A stretch of 64,000 nucleotides of DNA from an uncultured Pseudomonadota bacterium (lineage in GTDB: Bacteria; Pseudomonadota; Alphaproteobacteria; JACZXZ01): the NCBI GenBank assembly GCA_963749075.1, contig CAVVLJ010000016.1, forward strand, positions 32,001-96,000, in the 5' to 3' direction. The notes under the pieces were generated by a model that saw only the letters and a list, made by a program, of their open reading frames with translations, made no database searches and was not told where the DNA came from. Below, one piece after another: positions 29,039 to 38,632 of this stretch. A program made the position numbers and the translations under genes. Numbering within the stretch: position 1 is the first letter of the stretch; each line of letters begins with the position of its first letter.

Positions 29039-29500
29039 CTACTTCACCGCGACGATCATCTCGATCTCGACGGGGATGCCGGCGGGAAGCGAGCTCATGC
29101 CGACCGCCGAGCGCGCGTGGCGCCCGCGCTCGCCGAACACCTCGACGAGAAGGTCCGAGCAGCCGTTGATCACCTTGGGGTGGTCCGTGAAGTCGGGCGC
29201 GGCATTGACCATGCCGAGCAGCTTGACGACCTCCTCGACGCGCTCGAGGTCGCCGCCGAGCGCATCGCGCGTCGCCGCGATGAGCACGAGCCCGACCTGA
29301 CGCGCGTGGCGGTAGCCCTCCTCGACGGACATGCCGGCGCCGAGCTTGCCCTTGGGCATGGTGCCGTCGGAATAGTGGGGCCCCTTGCCCGAGAGATAGA
29401 GGAGACTGCCCACGCGCTTGGCGTGGACGTAGGTCCCCATCGGCCCGCCCACCTCGGGCAATGTGATCTTGAGCTCCTTGAGCCGCGCTTCGATGCTCAT
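29039..29500 (-). CDS. RidA/YjgF family protein
   Basis: VINGCSDL, GRHARSAVG, PVEIE. Confidence 0.92.
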   Translation of the reverse strand: MSIEARLKELKITLPEVGGPMGTYVHAKRVGSLLYLSGKGPHYSDGTMPKGKLGAGMSVEEGYRHARQVGLVLIAATRDALGGDLERVEEVVKLLGMVNAAPDFTDHPKVINGCSDLLVEVFGERGRHARSAVGMSSLPAGIPVEIEMIVAVK

Positions 29501-29624
29501 GACGGTGGTCCCCTTCGGATGAAATGCAGGCGCGACCATAGCCGGGCGGGCCTTGCGGCGGCCAGACGATTTCTCGCCGCGCGGCCTTGACGTCGGGATT
29601 TCGATGGGCCGCTATGGCGACGCC

Positions 29625-30323
29625 ATGCAGCTCGTCCGAAGAGGCGCCCCCGCCATCGCCGCCGACAATCTCGGCCGGCCGCTCGTGCGCTTCGCCATCC
29701 GCTCGCCGACGCGGCCCGAGGTGAGTCTCATACTGGATTGCCCGGCCGCGGACCGCAGCGAGGCGCTCGAGATCGTCATGCGCAACCGCACGGCGGGCGA
29801 CGCGCCGCTGCTGCTCGACGAGGAGCGGCTCTCCAACTCGCTCGTCTCAAGCGCATGGCAGGGCTCGCTGCTCGGCAAGCGCCTCCTCGCGGGCTACGAC
29901 CGGCTGCGCTTTCTCGAGTTCAGGCGCTTCTGGGACTTTCCGATTCCGCCCGCCTGGCTCGACCACGTCGGACAGACGGGTCTCGGCGTCTCCGATCCCG
30001 TCACCTCGGAGGACGCGATCCATCTGTGGTTTCTCAACAGCGGCCTCAGGCTGCGCAAGATCTGCGACGGCGAGCGCCACCCGCATATCCGCTCGCAGAT
30101 CTACGACGTGGTCTTCTCCGCCTTCCTCCGCTGCAAAAGCGAGCTTTATCTCGTCTCGGGCCGCCCCTCCATCTTCGCCGCCGAGGCCGACGAAGCGATG
30201 GTGGAGGCCGCCATCGCGGAAAGGATGGCAGGCTGGCAGGGGCTCGCCCAGCTATTGGATGCGGTCGCGAGGCTCGCCGGCAAGACGCTGGACGAGGGGG
30301 CTACGGGGCCGGCCGGCGAGTGA
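29625..30323 (+). CDS. Hypothetical protein
   Basis: Protein-like ORF filling the gap between neighbours; start uncertain. Confidence 0.6.
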   Translation: MQLVRRGAPAIAADNLGRPLVRFAIRSPTRPEVSLILDCPAADRSEALEIVMRNRTAGDAPLLLDEERLSNSLVSSAWQGSLLGKRLLAGYDRLRFLEFRRFWDFPIPPAWLDHVGQTGLGVSDPVTSEDAIHLWFLNSGLRLRKICDGERHPHIRSQIYDVVFSAFLRCKSELYLVSGRPSIFAAEADEAMVEAAIAERMAGWQGLAQLLDAVARLAGKTLDEGATGPAGE

Positions 30324-30340
30324 GCGCCGCTCGCGGCAGC

Positions 30341-30787
30341 TCAGCTGCTCACCGCCTTGGCGCCCGCCTCGGCGCAGAGATGGTCCTCCTCGCCGAGGGC
30401 GCCGCCGCAGCCGATCCCGCCGATGAGCACGCCGTCCCTAGTGATGGGGAAGCCCCCCGGCCCGATGATCATGTCGAGCTTCTCGCCGACGCCCGCCCAG
30501 AAAGCTGCGTTCTTGCCGGCCAGCTCGACATAGTCCTTGGTCGGCCGGCGGAAGCCGGCGGCCATCGTCGCCTTGCCCTTCGCGGTCTCGAAGGTGATGA
30601 AGCTGCAGGAATCACCGCGCGCGAAATAGACGAGATGGCCCCCTTCGTCGCACACCGCGACGCTGATCGTCTGGCCGAACTCCCTCGCCTTGGCCTCAGC
30701 ACCCGCCGCGGCGCGGCGGGCGAGCTCGAGGGTCATCGCGCGCGCGGGCACCTTGGCGCGCGGGTCCGCTTGCTGGCTCTGGGTCAC
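30341..30787 (-). CDS. GlcG/HbpS family heme-binding protein
   Basis: VAVCDEGGHL, AKGKA, GGFPI..DG.LIGGIGCGG. Confidence 0.9.
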   Translation of the reverse strand: MTQSQQADPRAKVPARAMTLELARRAAAGAEAKAREFGQTISVAVCDEGGHLVYFARGDSCSFITFETAKGKATMAAGFRRPTKDYVELAGKNAAFWAGVGEKLDMIIGPGGFPITRDGVLIGGIGCGGALGEEDHLCAEAGAKAVSS

Positions 30788-30852
30788 GGCCTCTACCTTC
30801 CTTTTTTGGGGCGGCTAATGTCGCGAGCGCGGACACGCGAGTCAAGCCGGCG
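30756..30852. repeat. 97-bp direct repeat copy 1 (glcG-like promoter, RBS and first codons)
   Basis: 87/97 identical to 31577-31673 by manual alignment. Confidence 0.92.
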
Positions 30853-30863
30853 CGCCGGAGGGG

Positions 30864-31271
30864 TCAGCCGGGAGCAATCAGGGACAGTTTGGGAAAGTAG
30901 GCACGGTAGCGCGCCGCATCGCGTGTCATGAGCCGATATCCGGCCACGGCGGCATGGGCGCCGATGAAGAAATCCGGAAGCGGCGATCGCTTCGTTCCGC
31001 CCCGCCGCCGATAGGCGAGGCAGGACTTTCCCGCGAGAAAGGCGGCCTCGTAGGGAATCGCTTCGCGGAGGAGCAGAGCCTTCGGCAGCGCTTCCTCGAG
31101 CTCCTCGATCCGCGAATAGCGAATGGAGAGCTCGGCATAGACGACCGCATTGATGACGAGGCGGGCGCTGTCGGCGGCGCGCTCGAGCGCTGCCGCCGAC
31201 CACGAAAACCAGCGCGGGTCCTCCGTCATGACATCGAGGAGAACGTTGCTGTCGACCAATATCGTGGCCAT
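30864..31271 (-). CDS. vapC: PIN-domain toxin
   Basis: ILVDSNVLLD, YAE, PDFFIGAHA, TRD. Confidence 0.93.
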   Translation of the reverse strand: MATILVDSNVLLDVMTEDPRWFSWSAAALERAADSARLVINAVVYAELSIRYSRIEELEEALPKALLLREAIPYEAAFLAGKSCLAYRRRGGTKRSPLPDFFIGAHAAVAGYRLMTRDAARYRAYFPKLSLIAPG

Positions 31272-31505
31272 TCAACGGTCGCGCGTCAGCGCCATGATGG
31301 CGTCGGTGCTCATCGCCACATCGCCGCGTCCGCGCAAATGGGCGACAAGGCGGGCGCCTCGGCCGTCCTTGCTCCGGGCCTTGGCGCGGACGATCCGCAC
31401 GGTCTTGCCGTCGAATTCGAACGCGACCTCCGTGTGGGGCAGCAGGCCCGCCCGTTCGCGGATTTCGGCCGGAATGGTCACCTGGCCCTTCGATGTGATG
31501 CGCAT
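31272..31505 (-). CDS. vapB: AbrB/MazE-type antitoxin
   Basis: MRITSKGQVTIP..IRE; directly upstream of the PIN gene. Confidence 0.92.
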   Translation of the reverse strand: MRITSKGQVTIPAEIRERAGLLPHTEVAFEFDGKTVRIVRAKARSKDGRGARLVAHLRGRGDVAMSTDAIMALTRDR

Positions 31506-31514
31506 GGCCGCCTC

Positions 31515-31538
31515 CTTACGCTTACAAGTAAGAGTAAG
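31515..31538. promoter_or_regulatory. Probable TA autoregulatory operator
   Basis: cttacgcttac-aa-gtaagagtaag inverted repeat next to the antitoxin RBS. Confidence 0.75.
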
Positions 31539-31576
31539 AAAATTTCGAGATCATGGCAAGGCTCTGGCGGCCTCCA

Positions 31577-31673
31577 GCGCGCGGGTCCGCTTGCTGGCTC
31601 TGGCTCACGGCTTCTACCTTCCTTTTTCCGGGCGGCCAATGTCGCGAGCGCGAACGCTCGAGTGAAGCAGGCG
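31577..31673. repeat. 97-bp direct repeat copy 2 (truncated glcG start)
   Basis: Encodes VSQSQQADPRA versus MTQSQQADPRA in the intact gene. Confidence 0.92.
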
Positions 31674-31720
31674 AGACCGCCAGCGGCGTCTCAGTGTGAG
31701 TTTGCGCAAGCGGAGAGGCG

Positions 31721-31870
31721 TTCCTCTCCTCCTTCAGGAGGAGAGGAAGGGGCCCATCGCGAAGCGATGGGAAGGTGAGGAGGCCGCGCTTTGGCGCTTT
31801 GGCGAACGGCGACGTGAATTGCAAGGACACCTCCTCACCCCGACCCTCTCCTCCTGAAGGAGGAGAGGGG
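31721..31870. repeat. BoxC-like palindromic doublet, family A copy 3
   Basis: cctctcctccttcaggaggagagg...cccatcgcgaagcgatggg ... cctcctcaccccgaccctctcctcctgaaggaggagagggg. Confidence 0.9.
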
Positions 31871-31892
31871 GCAGCCCGCTCCTGTCCAGCGC

Positions 31893-32315
31893 TCAGCTGG
31901 TCAAGAACTGCCGCAATTCTGATCGTATCACTGCCTCGTCGGCGGCAGCGTCGCGACACAGACGCTTGCGCGAGTCGTGTGGAAACATGCTGTAATCGAG
32001 CTCGATAAGACGCATGCCGTGCTTTTGTAAGATTTCCCGCCGGAGTTTGTCATATCGTTTCCTCTGTTCACCGCGCGAGCAGCCGCTTACGGTCTGCCTC
32101 AGATCCATAATGGGAATCGCTTCCGAGTGCTGGCGTTCGCGGTATTCGATCACGAGATTGCGGTCGCGATAATACGCGTCAACGGGGAGCCGCCGACACC
32201 GCCCATCTCGGCCCGGATCACCGACAAGGAAGTCAAATCCGTTGAATTGTCGGCACCCGATCGACCCGAGTACCTTGTCGCAGAGATCAACTATATATTC
32301 TTCGTCCTTCGGCAT
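31893..32315 (-). CDS. Putative PD-(D/E)XK endonuclease, Vsr/DUF559-like
   Basis: LPVDAYY..RNLVIEYRERQH...YD..RR..L.KHG.RLIEL pattern; visibly lower GC than flanks. Confidence 0.65.
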   Translation of the reverse strand: MPKDEEYIVDLCDKVLGSIGCRQFNGFDFLVGDPGRDGRCRRLPVDAYYRDRNLVIEYRERQHSEAIPIMDLRQTVSGCSRGEQRKRYDKLRREILQKHGMRLIELDYSMFPHDSRKRLCRDAAADEAVIRSELRQFLTS

Positions 32316-32362
32316 GCCTGGAGTTATGGCACGATTCGACCTTAAGACAGCGCCCAAAATAC

Positions 32363-33409
32363 CTACGACAAATCCACCCCTTCAGCGCCCGTGCGCCGCG
32401 CGAGGCCGCAGGCCTCGGCGGCAAGCTCGTAGGAGCGGCGCCGCGCCTCGGGGTCGTGGCAGATGGTCAGTACGAGAAGCTCTTCGACGCCATAGGCCGC
32501 GGCCATGGCGAGGAGACCTGAGCGCACCTCCTCGGGTGCGCCGATGATCTGGCCGCGGCGGTTCTCCGCGATGCGCAGGCGCTCGGCGGCGCTGTAGGGG
32601 TAAGCGAGCGCCTCCTCGCTGCTCGGAAAGGGGCCGAGCTCGCCGCGGTCGCGGCGCAGGCGCCAGAGATCGCGGCTCGCGGCGAGCTCGTCTGCCTCGC
32701 GCGCCGTGGCGGCGCAGATGACCGAGATGCAGGCGCTGCCCATGGGACGCTCGAGGATCACCGAGGGCCGGAAGGCCTCGCGATAGGCCGCCATCACCTG
32801 CGGTCCGCCCTCGGGCGTGATGAAATGGGCGAAGGAGAAGGCGCAGCCGAAGTGTGCGGCGAGGGCAGCGCTGTGGTCGCTCGAGCCGAGAAGCCAGAGT
32901 TCGGGCGCGCTGTCGCCCTCGGGCTTGGCTGCGACGAGGCCGACGCCGGGGACCTCGAGCTGGCCGCCGCGCACGAGATGGGCGAGCTCGGCAAAGCGTT
33001 CGGGGAAGCGCTCGAGGCCGCTGCTGCCGCCGCGCAAGAGCAGCATGGTCGCATGGTCGGCGCCGGGCGCGCGGCCGATGCCGAGATCGACGCGGCCGGG
33101 ATAGAGTGCCTCGAGCACGCGGAAGGCCTCGGCCACCTTGACCGGACTGTAGTTGGCGAGCATGACGCCGCCCGAGCCGATGCGCATGGCGCGGGTCTCG
33201 GCGCCTAGCCGTGCCAGCAGCACCTCGGGCGCAGTACCCGCAAAGCCCGGCAGGTTGTGGTGCTCGGCGAGCCAATAGCGGTGATAGCCGAGCTCGTCGC
33301 AGAGGCGTGCGAGCGCGAGGGTCTCGCGCACCGCATCGGCCGCAGTCGCACCCGCGCGAACCGGCGACTGGTCTAGCACGCCCAGGCGCAGGGCGGCGCC
33401 CGCACTCAC
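32363..33409 (-). CDS. Luciferase-like (LLM) flavin monooxygenase
   Basis: LGVLDQSPV, RYWLAEHH, RIGSGGVML, GRAPG, WLLGSS; GTG start overlaps upstream TGA. Confidence 0.92.
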   Translation of the reverse strand: MSAGAALRLGVLDQSPVRAGATAADAVRETLALARLCDELGYHRYWLAEHHNLPGFAGTAPEVLLARLGAETRAMRIGSGGVMLANYSPVKVAEAFRVLEALYPGRVDLGIGRAPGADHATMLLLRGGSSGLERFPERFAELAHLVRGGQLEVPGVGLVAAKPEGDSAPELWLLGSSDHSAALAAHFGCAFSFAHFITPEGGPQVMAAYREAFRPSVILERPMGSACISVICAATAREADELAASRDLWRLRRDRGELGPFPSSEEALAYPYSAAERLRIAENRRGQIIGAPEEVRSGLLAMAAAYGVEELLVLTICHDPEARRRSYELAAEACGLARRTGAEGVDLS

Positions 33410-34569
33410 CGGCCGAGCCACCGTTTGATGCGGCCCCAGATGACCGCCAGCAAGGTGGAACCGGCGCCGAGCGGTGCCGCGGCAACCTGCGGCTGGTCTT
33501 CGCCCCCGGCGAGGCTCGCTTGCAGGTTGCGCGCGAAGGCGGCGACCAGTCGGCCCGCGAAGTCCTTGACCAGGCCGGGGCGCGCGAACTGCGCGAGCGG
33601 ACCCTGAAGCTGGTAGTCGAGTGCCAGCTCGACGCGCGTGGCATGGCCGTCCGGCTCTGCGATGAGGCGGTAGCGCACCTCGCCCTTGGCGTGCGAGCCG
33701 CCGCGCGCGTCGCTGCCGCCGCCGCGGAGGACGCCGGTCATAGCGGCGTCGCTGCGCGCGTGCGTGGCTTCTCCGGCGAAGCTTGCCCTGATCGGGCCGA
33801 AGGCTACGGCAAGCCGGCCCGCGAGACGCTCGCCGCCGCTCGCCGTGAGCTCGGCGCCGGGCATGGCGCGCGTCACGCGCGGGAGGTCGCCGAAGAACCG
33901 CCACACCTCGGCCGGCGGCGAGGCGATGGCGAAGCTCTCGCTGATGCGCGTCCAGCCGCTCTCAGGTTCACTCTCCCAGGCGACGGCGCCCGCCGCGCGC
34001 GCCGCGGGCGGCGCCGCCTCCGACCTCGCTGCGAAGGGAAGGAAGGGCGCCGGCCCGGCAGCGCGCGCGCGCGGCAGCGGTACGGCCTTGCCGAGGCGCG
34101 CCTCTGCCGGCATCTCGCGGAGCACGCGCGCGATCGCCGCGACGATGCCCATGTAGCCCGTGCAGCGGCAGAGGTTGCCGGCGAGCTCGACGCGGATGCG
34201 CGCCTCGTCGGCCGAAGCGAATCGCGTTACGATGTCGCGCGCGGTGATCAGCATGCCCGAGGTGCAGAAGCCACATTGCAGCGCATGCTCCTCGTGGAAG
34301 GCCGCGCGCAGGCGGCTCATCACCGGATCGTCGGCGAAGCCCTCGACGGTGCGCACCTCGCGGCCCTCGAGCGCCGCCGCGAAGGCGATGCAGGAGCGCG
34401 CCGGGGCGCCGTCGAGCAGCACCGTGCAGGCGCCGCAAACGCCGTGCTCGCAGCCGAGATGGGTGCCGGTGAGGCGGCACTGGTGGCGCAGGTAATCGGC
34501 GAGGCTGAGGCGCGGCTCGACATCGGCCTCGACCCGCTCGCCGTTGACCGTGAGCGAGACCTTCGTCAT
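33406..34569 (-). CDS. Mo-hydroxylase small [2Fe-2S] subunit fused to CoxG/SRPBCC domain
   Basis: GCEHGVCGAC, QCGFC, NLCRCTGY, followed by CoxG-like region with GPLAQFAR. Confidence 0.9.
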   Translation of the reverse strand: MTKVSLTVNGERVEADVEPRLSLADYLRHQCRLTGTHLGCEHGVCGACTVLLDGAPARSCIAFAAALEGREVRTVEGFADDPVMSRLRAAFHEEHALQCGFCTSGMLITARDIVTRFASADEARIRVELAGNLCRCTGYMGIVAAIARVLREMPAEARLGKAVPLPRARAAGPAPFLPFAARSEAAPPAARAAGAVAWESEPESGWTRISESFAIASPPAEVWRFFGDLPRVTRAMPGAELTASGGERLAGRLAVAFGPIRASFAGEATHARSDAAMTGVLRGGGSDARGGSHAKGEVRYRLIAEPDGHATRVELALDYQLQGPLAQFARPGLVKDFAGRLVAAFARNLQASLAGGEDQPQVAAAPLGAGSTLLAVIWGRIKRWLGR

Positions 34570-35396
34570 GGTGCGAGCGCCTGGAGGATGGCTCGGCGCA
34601 CCGCCGCGGCATGGAGCCTGAGATGGACGGGATCGAGGCCGGGCGCTGCCTCGGCCACCGCCTCGCGCACGCGCTCGGCTGCCGCGGCTTGGGCACCTTC
34701 GCGGGCGACTTGATCGGCGAGCGCTGCGAGGAGGGCGGGCGGCGCATCGAGCGCGCCCACGACGATGCGGCAGAGCGCGCGCGCCGGGTCCACGACCACG
34801 GCGCCGATGGCATCCGGGAACTCGCCCACCTTGCGCGCGATCCGGCAATAGCCCCAGCGTGCGCTGGGCGAGAGCTTCTCGAGCGCGACGGCCTCGATCG
34901 CCTCGGCGGGCTCCAGCGCCGTCGCGAAGGCGCCCGTCATGAAGTCGCGCATGGCAAGCGTGCGCCGGCCGCCAGGTCCCAGCACGGCGAGCTCGGCATC
35001 GAGCAGCGTCATGGCGGCGATCCAGTCGGCGGCCGGATCGGCATGGGCGAGGCTGCCGCCGAGCGTGCCGCGGTTGCGGATGGCGCGATAGGCGATGGCC
35101 GAGGCCACATGGCACATGAGCCGCACGGTGGGCGAGGGATCGCTGCGGTCCTCGAGCATGGCATGGGTGACGCCGGCACCGATGACGAGCCGCGCGCCGT
35201 TGTCGGCGATGCGCCTCAGCGCCGCGATGCGGCCAACGTCGACGAGGCACGCCGGTGCCACGAGGCGGAGGTTGAGCATCGGGCCGAGCGTCTGGCCGCC
35301 GGCGAGGAGACGCGCCTCGCCCTTTGCCGCGGCCAGCCCTGCCACCGCCTCCTCGAGGCTCGCTGCCGCCACATAATCGAAGGCCCTAGGCTTCAC
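34566..35396 (-). CDS. Mo-hydroxylase FAD-binding medium subunit
   Basis: AGGQTLGP, IRNRGTLGGS.AHADPAAD. Confidence 0.92.
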   Translation of the reverse strand: MKPRAFDYVAAASLEEAVAGLAAAKGEARLLAGGQTLGPMLNLRLVAPACLVDVGRIAALRRIADNGARLVIGAGVTHAMLEDRSDPSPTVRLMCHVASAIAYRAIRNRGTLGGSLAHADPAADWIAAMTLLDAELAVLGPGGRRTLAMRDFMTGAFATALEPAEAIEAVALEKLSPSARWGYCRIARKVGEFPDAIGAVVVDPARALCRIVVGALDAPPALLAALADQVAREGAQAAAAERVREAVAEAAPGLDPVHLRLHAAAVRRAILQALAP

Positions 35397-37762
35397 TCGG
35401 CCGCTCCCGGTGCCGGCGCGGCCTCCGCCCTCATGATCGCCTCGATGATGCGTCGCGGCGTCGCCGGGATGGCGGCGAGCTCGGCGCCCAGCGGACGCAG
35501 CGCGTCGTTGATCGCGTTGACGATGGCGCCCGCGGGTGCGATGGCGCCGCCCTCGCCCACGCCCTTGATGCCGTGCTCGGTATAGGGCGAGGGCGTCTCC
35601 ATGTGGAACATCCTCAAGCGCGGCACCTCGGCGGCACCGGGCAGGAGATAATCCGCGAGCGTGGAAGCGAGCGGCTGGCCGGCACTGTCATACGCCATCT
35701 CCTCGTAGAGCGCCGTGCCGATGCCTTGCGCCGTACCGCCGTAGGTCTGGCCCTCGACCACCATGGGGTTCACGAGGGTGCCGCAGTCCTCGACGATGAC
35801 GTAGTCGAGGATCTCGACGCTGCCGATCTCGGGGTCGACGGCCACCGCCGCGGCATGGGTCGCGTAGCTGAAGGCGCCGCTGTCGACCTTGGGCTTGTAG
35901 CCGACCGTGGCCTCGAGGCCGCCCGGGTCCACGTCGTCGGGCAGGTTCTCGGGCTTGAGGTACCAGACGCGCGCGACCTCGCTGATGGCGACCTGCCCGT
36001 GCGGCCCGCGCACCTCGCAGCCCTCGAGGCGCACCTCCTCGGGCCGGCTCTGCAGGAGGTGCGCGCCGATGCGCTTGATGCGCTCGCCGAGCACCTGGCA
36101 GGAGCGCGACACCGCACCACCCGCCATGACGATGCTGCGCGAGGCGTAGGTGCCGGTCGAATAGGGCGTCAGCGCCGTGTCGCCGTGCACGACCTTGATG
36201 TCGGCGGGATCGATGCCGAGGATCTCGTGCGCGACCTGGGCGAGCGTCGTCTCCATGCCCTGGCCGTGCGACTGCACGCCGACGCGCACCTCGAGCCCGC
36301 CGTCGGGCGTCAAGCGCACCGCCGCCTGCTCGTAGCCCGGCACGAGGGGGATGCCCCAGGAGGCGAAGACCTTGGTGCCGTGCGCGGTCTGCTCGGTATA
36401 GGTGGCGAAGCCGACGCCGACGAGGCGGCCGTCCGCCTCGCCCTTGCCCTGGCGCGCGCGCCAGCCCGCGAGGCCGATCTCCGCGACGGCGCGGTCGAGG
36501 CTTTGCGGGAAATCGCCGCTGTCGTAGTGCTTGCGCGTCACGTTGTCGTAGGGCATGGCCGCCGCCGGCACGAGGTTCTCGCGGCGCACCTCGGCCGGCT
36601 CGCGCCCGACCGCGCGCGCGATCGCATCCATGGTGAGCTCGATGGCGAAGCACACGCCGGGCCGCGCCACGCCGCGATAGGGCACGAAGGGAGGCTTGTT
36701 GGTGGCGACCGAGTAGGTCTTGCAGCGGTAGCCCTCGAAGGCGTAGGGACCCGGCAGGTTGCCGCCGGCCTGCGCCGCCTCGAGGCCGGCCGAGAAGGGC
36801 CACACCGAATAGGCGCCCACGTCGACGGTGATCTCGGCGTCGAGGGCCAAGAGCCGGCCGCGCCGGTCGGCGTAGGCGGTCACCAGATAATGGTGCTCGC
36901 GCGCATTCGCCGCAGCCACCAGATGCTCGCGCCGGTCCTCGGTCCAGCGCACCGGCTGGCGCCGCGTGAGTGCCGCCCAGGCGACCGCCACCTCCTCGGG
37001 CTGGAGGATGCATTTGAAGCCGAAACCGCCGCCCACGTCGGGTGCGATGACGCGGATCTTGCCCTGCTCGAGGCCGAGGCAGAGCGAGAGCCCGGTGCGG
37101 ATGATGTGCGGCACCTGGGTCGAGGTATAGACCACGAGCTGGTCGGCTCGGTCGTCCCAATAGGCGAGCACGCCCTTGCCCTCCAGGGGCGCCATGCATT
37201 GCCGGGCGAGCTTGTATTCGCGCTTGACGGTGACCTCGGCGCGCCGCGCCAGCTCCTCGAAGCGCACATCGGCCGACGTCACGAGGAAGAGGTTGTCGCC
37301 CCAGGCCTCGTGCACGAGGGCCGCACCCGGCTTCATCGCCTCGCGCGCGTCGGCGAGCGGCGGCAGCTCCTCGAGATCGAGCGTCACCTGTTCCGCCGCG
37401 TCCTCGGCGAGCGCGCGCGTCGCGGCGAGGCACATGGCGACCGGCTCGCCCGCGAAGCGCACCTTGCCGCTCGCCAGCACCGGATAATCCGAGCTCTTGA
37501 AGCCGGGGATGCTGTTGTTGGCCTGCATGGGTGCCACGCCGGCGAGATCGGCCACGGTGTAGACGGAGCCGGCGAGCGCTTGCGGCACCCTGACGCCCCG
37601 GATGCGCGCGTGGGCAAGCGGGCTCCGGAGGAAGGCCGCCTCCGCGAGATTGGGCATGGCGATGTCGCCCACGAAGGTGGCGCGGCCGAAGAGGTGGCGC
37701 GCGTCCTCCTTGCGCTTGAGCCGCGCGCCGATGCCGCTCCCCGGCTTGCCGTACTCGGACAT
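35393..37762 (-). CDS. Xanthine-dehydrogenase-family molybdopterin large subunit
   Basis: RKED, VGGGFG, PYRGVAR, HGQG, GTYASR, KGVGE. Confidence 0.93.
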   Translation of the reverse strand: MSEYGKPGSGIGARLKRKEDARHLFGRATFVGDIAMPNLAEAAFLRSPLAHARIRGVRVPQALAGSVYTVADLAGVAPMQANNSIPGFKSSDYPVLASGKVRFAGEPVAMCLAATRALAEDAAEQVTLDLEELPPLADAREAMKPGAALVHEAWGDNLFLVTSADVRFEELARRAEVTVKREYKLARQCMAPLEGKGVLAYWDDRADQLVVYTSTQVPHIIRTGLSLCLGLEQGKIRVIAPDVGGGFGFKCILQPEEVAVAWAALTRRQPVRWTEDRREHLVAAANAREHHYLVTAYADRRGRLLALDAEITVDVGAYSVWPFSAGLEAAQAGGNLPGPYAFEGYRCKTYSVATNKPPFVPYRGVARPGVCFAIELTMDAIARAVGREPAEVRRENLVPAAAMPYDNVTRKHYDSGDFPQSLDRAVAEIGLAGWRARQGKGEADGRLVGVGFATYTEQTAHGTKVFASWGIPLVPGYEQAAVRLTPDGGLEVRVGVQSHGQGMETTLAQVAHEILGIDPADIKVVHGDTALTPYSTGTYASRSIVMAGGAVSRSCQVLGERIKRIGAHLLQSRPEEVRLEGCEVRGPHGQVAISEVARVWYLKPENLPDDVDPGGLEATVGYKPKVDSGAFSYATHAAAVAVDPEIGSVEILDYVIVEDCGTLVNPMVVEGQTYGGTAQGIGTALYEEMAYDSAGQPLASTLADYLLPGAAEVPRLRMFHMETPSPYTEHGIKGVGEGGAIAPAGAIVNAINDALRPLGAELAAIPATPRRIIEAIMRAEAAPAPGAAE

Positions 37763-37867
37763 GCCTAGCTACTCCCGGCCTTGCCTCTCCGACGCCCGAG
37801 GTCCGCCGCATGACCACGATCACAGCGTCGCGGACGCGTCCTCGGCGAAAATTTTTTCGTGAGCCGG

Positions 37868-37897
37868 GCCGATACGCAGTATACTGATGGTATCGGC
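37868..37897. promoter_or_regulatory. Probable MarR operator palindrome
   Basis: gccgatac-gCAGTATACTGatg-gtatcggc between divergent hydroxylase operon and marR. Confidence 0.7.
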
Positions 37898-37962
37898 GAC
37901 GCCCCGGAGGGTCAACGGATTTGCTCTAGCGCGGCTGCCGCCGCGTCGGGTGGGAACGCCTT

Positions 37963-38469
37963 GTGGCAAAGCGGCGCACGAAGCGCTTGGACAAAAACGG
38001 CGCGGAGCCGACGGCCGAGCGCCCGCTGTGGTCGCGGCCGGGCTATCTCGTGCGGCGGCTCCATCAGATCCACCTCGCCCTCTTCCTCGAGGAGTGCAAG
38101 GCCTACAACGTGACGCCGGTGCAGTACGGCCTCTTGACGGCGCTTGCCACCCACCCCGGCCTCGACCAGGTCTCGCTCGCGGCAGAGCTCGGCATCGACC
38201 GCGCCAATGCGGCGGACGTGCTGGCGCGCCTCGCCGAGCGCGGCCTCGTGCGGCGCAGTGCCTCAGCCGAGGACCGCCGCGTCAAGCGCGCCTCTCTCAC
38301 GGAAGCCGGGAGCCGGCTCACCCGGCGCATGCACGGCGCCATGCAGCGCGCCCAGGAGCGTCTCGTGGCGCCCTTGGCGGCGGCGGAGCGCCGCCAGTTC
38401 ATGCGGCTGCTCACGCGCCTCATCGAGGCGAACAACCAGTTCAGCCGCGCGCCGCTCAGGCCGCGCTGA
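37963..38469 (+). CDS. MarR family regulator
   Basis: PGYLVRRLHQ, TPVQY, GIDRA, EDRR...LTEAG. Confidence 0.92.
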   Translation: MAKRRTKRLDKNGAEPTAERPLWSRPGYLVRRLHQIHLALFLEECKAYNVTPVQYGLLTALATHPGLDQVSLAAELGIDRANAADVLARLAERGLVRRSASAEDRRVKRASLTEAGSRLTRRMHGAMQRAQERLVAPLAAAERRQFMRLLTRLIEANNQFSRAPLRPR

Positions 38470-38632
38470 GCGCTGGCGGCACCGCTCGTCCTTCCTATCG
38501 CTCTTGCGTCCGCCGACTGGACGCCCTATTTAACGGGCTCAAGTTGGCTCCTCGGGCGAGCACAGGGTGACGGGCGACCCCATCCGTATATCGTAAGAAG
38601 AAAGCGACATTCTCTGGAGAGGAGATCGGCCG

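Noticed and set aside
35393-37762. Aerobic CO dehydrogenase (coxL)
   Set aside because: Active-site loop is PYRGVAR, not the form I AYxCSFR; order is L-M-S and coxDEF are absent
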